Assembly: GCA_033551855.1 (NCBI GenBank) | Contig: JAWSUI010000082.1 | Span: 1 to 11,951 of the forward strand | Reading direction: 5' to 3' | Origin: Deferrisomatales bacterium | GTDB lineage: Bacteria > Desulfobacterota > Deferrisomatia > Deferrisomatales > JACRMM01 | Length of the DNA stretch: 11,951 nt | In this document: in pieces, positions 6,752-11,951 of the stretch | How the letters are laid out: every line of letters starts with the position of its first letter | Position numbering within the stretch: position 1 is the first letter of the stretch | Notes under the pieces: model-generated | Database searches by the model: none | The model's input: the letters and a program-made list of their open reading frames with translations, nothing else | What the model was told of the DNA's origin: nothing | Translations under genes and position numbers: made by a program

Positions 6752-6767
6752 TGGCACGCGGGTTGCT
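6752..6767 (+). promoter_or_regulatory. Sigma-54 (-24/-12) promoter upstream of the polysaccharide lyase gene
   Basis: TGGCAC-GCGGG-TTGCT is an exact match to the TGGCACG-N4-TTGC(A/T) consensus, located in the intergenic region. Confidence 0.75.
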
Positions 6768-6969
6768 CTCGGGGCAAGTGAAGTGGATTGCCGCGGTCGC
6801 CTCGATTTGGATGTACTTCACAACGCAAAGGTATTGGTCGATGAGTGTCCGGGGCGCCTGGTTGGGGGGTCTCCCCAACGGAACCGCTTTGATGCAGCCA
6901 GAGCAGGTAATCACGAGATAGCAGACGTATTGATAAATCGAAATAATGGATAAGGCGAGAGGACAAGCA

Positions 6970-8139
6970 ATGCAACAAACAGCCAGAGCCTTGAAGAAGT
7001 GTATCGCGGCGTCACTTCTAAAGATATGTCTGCTTTTCTGCGGCATCCTGGTACTCATCCCCGGGGTATCTCTAGGTGCGATAATCTGGTCCGGGGATTT
7101 CGAGACGGGTGATTTTCTACAATATCACGCGTCCGATGATCCGAATAAGCCCTTCTACTGGGGATTCCCTCAGTACTGTTGGCCGCAACAGCCGAGCCGG
7201 GGCATCGGCGACGGATCGTGCGGGGAGATAGTGACCTCACCCGTGCGGCATGGCAGCTACGCCGCCAAACTGACTGTGAAGAACTCAATCAATGGTTCGG
7301 AGCCCGAGGACTGCGACATGTCCGGGACGAATTGCACCCGCCGCCGTTCTGAGGTGACAGTGCAGGGAACGATGTCAGCATACTATAACGGCATCCCATA
7401 CATGTCGGAGCGATGGCTCTCTGTGAGCTACTGGGTCCCGTCAGACTGGAGCGACGCAGGCAGCGGCTGGGGTGTCATCGTGATGCAGATCAAAGGCGCC
7501 TACGAAGCAGGAAGGTCCGGCCACAGCCCATGGGTGGAGTTGAACCTGAAAAACGGCTATTGGCAACTTAACCATCGCTGGGCACCGGAGGAGAACGCCG
7601 GAAGTTCGTTGATGCCGTGGCAGCAGAATATGTTCTACAACCCCACCTATCCGACGCCGACAAACTGGCCGGATGGGTTGGCGGATTTCCCGAACGTGGA
7701 GGCATCGCAGGCGGCGCTCGCCAGCGTCAACAAAGGCGGATGGACGGACTTCATCTTCCACATCAAATTCGACGCGAGAGGTTCGCAGGAAGGCGGGGCC
7801 GGATTCCTGAAGATGTGGAAACGTGAGGGTAGCGGCTCTTGGGTGCACATCCTCGATATCCGCCCGAAGGTGATTACGCGCGGTGGGATGACGTTCGATC
7901 ACGGCATAGCCAACTATCGACCGCCCGGCACTACACATAATGGAGGATTTGGGCCAAGGTACGGGATGTATATGACAAAGGATCAGGTTTGGGGTTTGCA
8001 AAATAACCGCGTGTTATATCTGGATAACATAAAGGTGGGTGACGAAAACTCAGGTTTCCATGAGCTGGATCCCGAGGGCGGGAAGGCCGCCCCAATCATC
8101 GCGCCGTCAGCACCTCCAGCGTTTAGGAAGGTCCAATAA
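6970..8139 (+). CDS. Secreted polysaccharide lyase-like protein (PF14099 / heparin lyase I family-like)
   Basis: ATG 6970 follows GAGAGGA. A Sec signal peptide precedes IIWSGDFETGDF.Q, IVTSPVRHGSYAAKLTV, RSE, ERWLSVSYWVPSDW, VIVMQ, KGGWTDFIFHIKF, GFLKMW, P.YGMY and RVLYLDNIKVGD. Confidence 0.78.
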   Translation: MQQTARALKKCIAASLLKICLLFCGILVLIPGVSLGAIIWSGDFETGDFLQYHASDDPNKPFYWGFPQYCWPQQPSRGIGDGSCGEIVTSPVRHGSYAAKLTVKNSINGSEPEDCDMSGTNCTRRRSEVTVQGTMSAYYNGIPYMSERWLSVSYWVPSDWSDAGSGWGVIVMQIKGAYEAGRSGHSPWVELNLKNGYWQLNHRWAPEENAGSSLMPWQQNMFYNPTYPTPTNWPDGLADFPNVEASQAALASVNKGGWTDFIFHIKFDARGSQEGGAGFLKMWKREGSGSWVHILDIRPKVITRGGMTFDHGIANYRPPGTTHNGGFGPRYGMYMTKDQVWGLQNNRVLYLDNIKVGDENSGFHELDPEGGKAAPIIAPSAPPAFRKVQ

Positions 8140-8180
8140 GGGTGGTCCTGTGCAAAGGCGATTCTTTCCGCCCAAGCAGT

Positions 8181-8984
8181 CTATTTCTTTTTATTCGCTC
8201 CGGTTTTCTGCAGCTCCTCCGTCGATTGGCGGGTCCCAGCGCCAAGGGTCCGCTTCGCCTTCTCGAAGGCTAGGCGCAACACGAATAGCGGCAATACCTT
8301 CTGCCTCTTGACGCGCGTTGGTTCGGCTAGGAGCCGGTACAGCCACTCGAGCCCCAGTCGGCACCACATCGCCGGCGCCCGCTTCACGGCGCCGGTAATC
8401 GTGTCCAGCGACCCCCCGATCCCCTGAACCACCCTCACGGTCGAGAGCTGGTCCCTGTAGGTAGTGTACCACTTCTCCTGCTTCGGCGAGCCGAGAGCCA
8501 GGAAGAGCACCTGGGCACCCGAGGAGTTGATTCGGTGGACGACGTCCGGCATCTCGTCGTCCTGGACATAGCCGTCCTGGCGCCCCACGATGCGGAGGCC
8601 TGCGTAGCGACGCTCGAGCTCCGCCACGGCGTCCCGGTTCACCTCTTCCTGAGCCCCGAACACGAAGATTCCCCAGCCGCGCTCGGCCGAGAGCCGGCAG
8701 ACGTTCGCCATGAGCTCCACGCCAGGCACCCTCTTGAGCTTGGCTCCGTGGAGGATGCGGGCCCCAAGGACCACGCCGATCCCGTCCGGGATCAGGAGGT
8801 CCGCCTCGCGGAAGATTCGGTGTAGCTCCGGGTCCTTGGGCACGGAGAAGTTCTTTTCGGGGTTCACGGCGAACACGCAGTGGGCCCCGTCCCCGGCTTC
8901 CACGAAACCGCGCACGCGCTCGAGCGCGCCCTCCATGTCCACCGGGTCCACCCAGAGATCCAGAACCTTCAACCGGCCGCTCAC
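8181..8984 (-). CDS. WecB/TagA/CpsF-family glycosyltransferase (GT26)
   Basis: Motifs AVNPEK, ADLLIPDGIGVV, RVPGVELM, IVGRQDGY, LFLALGSPKQEKW, QGIGGSLD, KRAP and GLEWLYRL. The GTG start overlaps the upstream TGA (GTGA at 8981-8984). Confidence 0.95.
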   Translation of the reverse strand: MSGRLKVLDLWVDPVDMEGALERVRGFVEAGDGAHCVFAVNPEKNFSVPKDPELHRIFREADLLIPDGIGVVLGARILHGAKLKRVPGVELMANVCRLSAERGWGIFVFGAQEEVNRDAVAELERRYAGLRIVGRQDGYVQDDEMPDVVHRINSSGAQVLFLALGSPKQEKWYTTYRDQLSTVRVVQGIGGSLDTITGAVKRAPAMWCRLGLEWLYRLLAEPTRVKRQKVLPLFVLRLAFEKAKRTLGAGTRQSTEELQKTGANKKK

Positions 8985-10747
8985 CGCGCCAACTCCCGTT
9001 CCCGAAGTACGGCATCGTCACCCGGCCGCTCCAGGCAGATCGCCGTTACGAAACCGACTTCCTCGCAGGCGCCCTCGCGCCGGAACCGCAGCACCGGCGC
9101 CGGCTCCTTGTGGCCGTAACCCCGCGAGTACCAGCCGAAGATCGGGCTTTCCTCGCCGCGCCGGACCTCGAACCGGCTCTCCCGAGGACCCAGGAGCCCG
9201 ATCCACGCACACTGCCCGGTCCGCTCTACCTTCCACCAGGGGCCGTCTCTCGTGACGGAGACTTCAGGGTGCAGGTGGAAGTGAAGCTCGAAGGAGTGAC
9301 GTCCGGGGCCGGAGAAGGCGTCGCTGAGCAGCGTCGTCCCATCCGGACCAATCTGGACCGTGCGGCGGTGGACGACCGGCCGCTTGAGCCTGCGGTACCC
9401 GTCGTGACGGGCGACCAGCCGCAGGCCGTCTTCCCCGAAGTACTGCTCCTCCAGCTCGGCCCGGTAGGGCTTGCTCCAGAGGAAGCTCGTCTCCTGGACC
9501 GCCTGGTCCTCGCCGTCCACGCACACCGTATTGTGGGCCCGGGTCCCCTTGAAGTATCTGCGCCACTCGGGGACCCCGTTGTAGCGGTAGGTGCCGGGGT
9601 CCACGATCAGCGCCGTGCCGTTCACCGCCAGGGTGATCGACAGGGCGTCGGCGTGGCCGTGGTTGTACAGCGGCGCCATGCCCAGGGGGCCGTGGTCCAG
9701 GGTAAGGAAGAGACCCCGGTCGCTCCGGACCACCGAGTACCCCGCGTCGTGGAAGGTGCTGCACGAAATACCGGCGACATTCTGGGCGGTCACCCGGTCC
9801 CCGGCGTCCGGCACAGCGAGACCGTCTCCGCGGGTCGGATGGAGTCCCGGGGCCACCGCATGTCCGTCGTCGCTGTCCCCGATGGAGGGAACCTCCCCGG
9901 GCCGGACCTGAAAGGCTTCAAGGAACGCCTCGCCCCGGAGCAGAGGGGGCTTCCAGGAAGAGCAGTCGTGAAGACGATTCAGCTCCAGGAAGCTCACAGC
10001 CAGCCAGTAGAGGTCCAGGACGAACCGGTGGTAGGCCAGGGACTGCTCGGCCGGCCCCCCGTCGGCCAGGACCTGGTGGGCGAGCTCCTGCTCCAGGAGG
10101 CGAATCCCGGTCTCCAGCCACGCTCGTCCCCCTTGCTCGAGGCGGAACACGGCCCCGGCGAAGACGAGCCCCACTGATTCCGCGATCGTGTGGTTTCCCA
10201 GGGAGGAGTAAAGGGAAAGTTTCTTCGAGATCCACCACCCGTGATCGTGGATCGCCTCGAGCAGCCGCTGGTCCGCTGCGGGCGATCCGCCGAGGTCCTG
10301 CGTGAGGCATCGGACGAAGACCGGTACCCGGAGGGCACACTCCATGGCGGAATCATAGTGAGGGCCAGAGGGAAAGGGGTTGTCAGAAACCCATCTGAGA
10401 ATCCTCTCTCGCCCTGCGGTTTCAGACCCATCGAGTCCCAGGAGCAGGGGGATAGCCCCCTGCAGCCGAGCCGGCTCCCAAAGGGCGCGAATGTCGTCGC
10501 TCCCGTTGCCCTCTTCTTTGACATTATCGCGACGCGGGTTTTCTGCAGTGAGCGGCGGGAGCTCCAGAGCAGCGATGTCCGTGCGAGAGGGGAGGGTGGC
10601 GGCCCGGCCTCTCGCCTTCCGCACCTTCGACGGTCGGATCGACAAAGACCCCCAGCTTCGGTGGGCTAACTCCCGCAGCGAGGCGTGTCGAAGACGCAGG
10701 TAAAGAAACCGTAGCCTCTCAATCACAACACATCCCGCACAGAGCAT
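8981..10747 (-). CDS. Heparinase II/III-family protein (alginate-lyase-like N domain + Hepar_II_III C domain)
   Basis: Motifs DIRALWEPARLQ, SAMECALR, YSSLGNHTIAE, QVLADGG.AEQSLAYHRFV, PSIGDSDDG, HGHADALSI, DPGTYRY, AHNTV and HDGY. The start is ATG 10747 or GTG 10726. Confidence 0.9.
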   Translation of the reverse strand: MLCAGCVVIERLRFLYLRLRHASLRELAHRSWGSLSIRPSKVRKARGRAATLPSRTDIAALELPPLTAENPRRDNVKEEGNGSDDIRALWEPARLQGAIPLLLGLDGSETAGRERILRWVSDNPFPSGPHYDSAMECALRVPVFVRCLTQDLGGSPAADQRLLEAIHDHGWWISKKLSLYSSLGNHTIAESVGLVFAGAVFRLEQGGRAWLETGIRLLEQELAHQVLADGGPAEQSLAYHRFVLDLYWLAVSFLELNRLHDCSSWKPPLLRGEAFLEAFQVRPGEVPSIGDSDDGHAVAPGLHPTRGDGLAVPDAGDRVTAQNVAGISCSTFHDAGYSVVRSDRGLFLTLDHGPLGMAPLYNHGHADALSITLAVNGTALIVDPGTYRYNGVPEWRRYFKGTRAHNTVCVDGEDQAVQETSFLWSKPYRAELEEQYFGEDGLRLVARHDGYRRLKRPVVHRRTVQIGPDGTTLLSDAFSGPGRHSFELHFHLHPEVSVTRDGPWWKVERTGQCAWIGLLGPRESRFEVRRGEESPIFGWYSRGYGHKEPAPVLRFRREGACEEVGFVTAICLERPGDDAVLRERELAR

Positions 10748-10794
10748 AGTCCCGCCGAACGGAGCGGCGGCGCTCGGTCTTGGGTAAGAAAAAC

Positions 10795-11632
10795 TCAAAC
10801 TCCTGCGCCGGTCTTGTGAAATCCCCACACGAGTCTGATGAGATTGCGCCTTGCGCCTGGGGTTTTGCTGACAAGCCAATCAACTCCATTCAGCACGCGG
10901 GCAAGAGCCTTTGCTAGTACAAATGCATGGAAGCGCTTTGTTATAAGCTTTATGGCTGCGCGCTGCCACAGGTAATTGGTAAACGCCACACGCTGAAACC
11001 AAGGATCAGCACCAACATCTCGAATCAATGATGTAAGCACCTCTTCTCGGAATCCGCCAAGTAGTGAAAATCGCAAGTCCTCAGGGGAAATCCCCTTGGT
11101 GCGATGCGTGTACAGCATCAAGCGGCGACCCAACGTCGACTTGAACATGTGCCACAGCGGGGAATACGCATCATCCAGAAATACCGCGCGACCTCCGGGT
11201 CGCAAAACGCGGACAACTTCGGCGAAAAATGACTTTAGATCCGGCAGGTGATGTACCATGGCGTAGGAATAAACTATGTCCAATGATTCATCTTGGAGTG
11301 GCAATTCAAATGCATCAATCGCCGCGAAGTATGTTTGAGTGCCATCTTTCTGCCATAAGTAAGTGTCGCGTACGGTCTGTACAGCCTGCGCCGAGAGGTC
11401 GGAATATATATAGACAGTAGGGTCATAATCAAGCAGATGTAGTTCTTTTGATGATATACCGTTTCCAAGTATCAGAATGCGCTTGCCCCTCAGAGGCAAC
11501 GTCGCATCGAGCACAAGGCGATTCTGAGGGCTCCAAGGTTGAAACCACTCGCGGGCCAGACTCGATGTCGGACGCTTGGCTTTCCCGGAACCACTGGTCG
11601 TATACACTCCATCGTAGAACAGCAATTCCCGG
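10795..11632 (-). CDS. Class I SAM-dependent methyltransferase (Methyltransf_11-like); 5' end disturbed by IS-derived sequence, true start uncertain
   Basis: Motifs RILILGNGIS, YSDLSAQAV and IDAFELPLQDESLDIVYSYAMVHHLPDLKSFFAEVVRVLRPGGRAVFLD. The frame stays open upstream through IS-like DNA to the window end, with in-frame ATGs at 11697 and 11778. Confidence 0.82.
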
Positions 11633-11911
11633 CCCCTTACTGGCGGCCGCAAGGCTGAGGAGTGTTTCGTAAACACGTGTTCCTCCGAAGCGGCCATCCT
11701 TAACAGGATCCTTGATTTATGAGCCGGTGCATTTTTCGCGGGACATTTCCTCTCGGATTTCGTATGCTCTGCTTCCATGAAACCGCTGCGCTCCCAGCCA
11801 GCCTCCGTCGGTCCCCGCATCCGCAAGGACCTCTGTGCGGACGCGCTGCTGCGCACGCTGAAGACCGAGTTTTCGGAGGTTGCGGACTGGCGCGCCGGCA
11901 GCAATTCCCGG
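11620..11911 (+). mobile_element. IS remnant bracketed by 13-bp direct repeat CAGCAATTCCCGG
   Basis: An identical 13-mer occurs at 11620-11632 and 11899-11911, enclosing ~145 bp of leader-like DNA and the transposase fragment. Confidence 0.6.
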
Positions 11912-11935
11912 GTAGGCCACCAAATGGCCGTGTGA
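11777..11935 (+). pseudogene. Transposase N-terminal fragment (DDE, ISNCY/IS4-like), truncated near 11899
   Basis: MKPLRSQPASVGPRIRKDLCADALLRTLKTEFSEVADWRAG resembles, from recall, the RKxLsADALxxxxrxxFxxixDxR N-terminus of such transposases. Similarity stops where cagcaattcccgg begins at 11899. The ORF is too short for the ORF track. Confidence 0.6.
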
Positions 11936-11951
11936 AGGTTGCGGTGAGGCA

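Noticed and set aside
6771..6840. c-di-GMP-I riboswitch (ggggcaa...acgcaaag)
   Set aside because: It lacks the GCAAA-stem-GAAA tetraloop architecture and spacing.
6685..6921. Small ORFs in the 6569-6969 gap
   Set aside because: They have no motifs or RBS and overlap the sigma-54 promoter.
9110..10177. 355-aa plus-strand ORF
   Set aside because: It is the antisense shadow of the heparinase II/III gene.

Overview
GC-rich bacterial window (Deltaproteobacteria-like by gene content; inference). The left ~4.5 kb is an accessory region: an orphan Phd/YefM-type antitoxin, a BrnT/BrnA-type toxin-antitoxin pair and a large lipoprotein with 2x Big_5 Ig-like, FGE/SUMF1, FN3 and a second FGE/SUMF1 domain. 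These gene blocks are separated by three copies of a repeat-bounded miniature element built from (CTTGGCG)3-GTT arms. Two of the copies carry the same internally deleted GxxExxY (PD-(D/E)XK) gene remnant. The rest looks like part of an exopolysaccharide locus: an AAC(3)/YokD-like acetyltransferase, a ParB/Srx-like protein and a secreted polysaccharide lyase behind a consensus sigma-54 promoter on +, converging on a minus-strand SAM methyltransferase, heparinase II/III-like gene and WecB/TagA/CpsF glycosyltransferase. At the right end a transposase 5' fragment, bracketed by a 13-bp direct repeat exactly 279 bp apart, lies in-frame in the methyltransferase 5' region. The most novel signal is the GxxExxY-derived, inverted-repeat-flanked non-autonomous element family punctuating accessory genes. 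All family calls are from motif recognition, not database searches.
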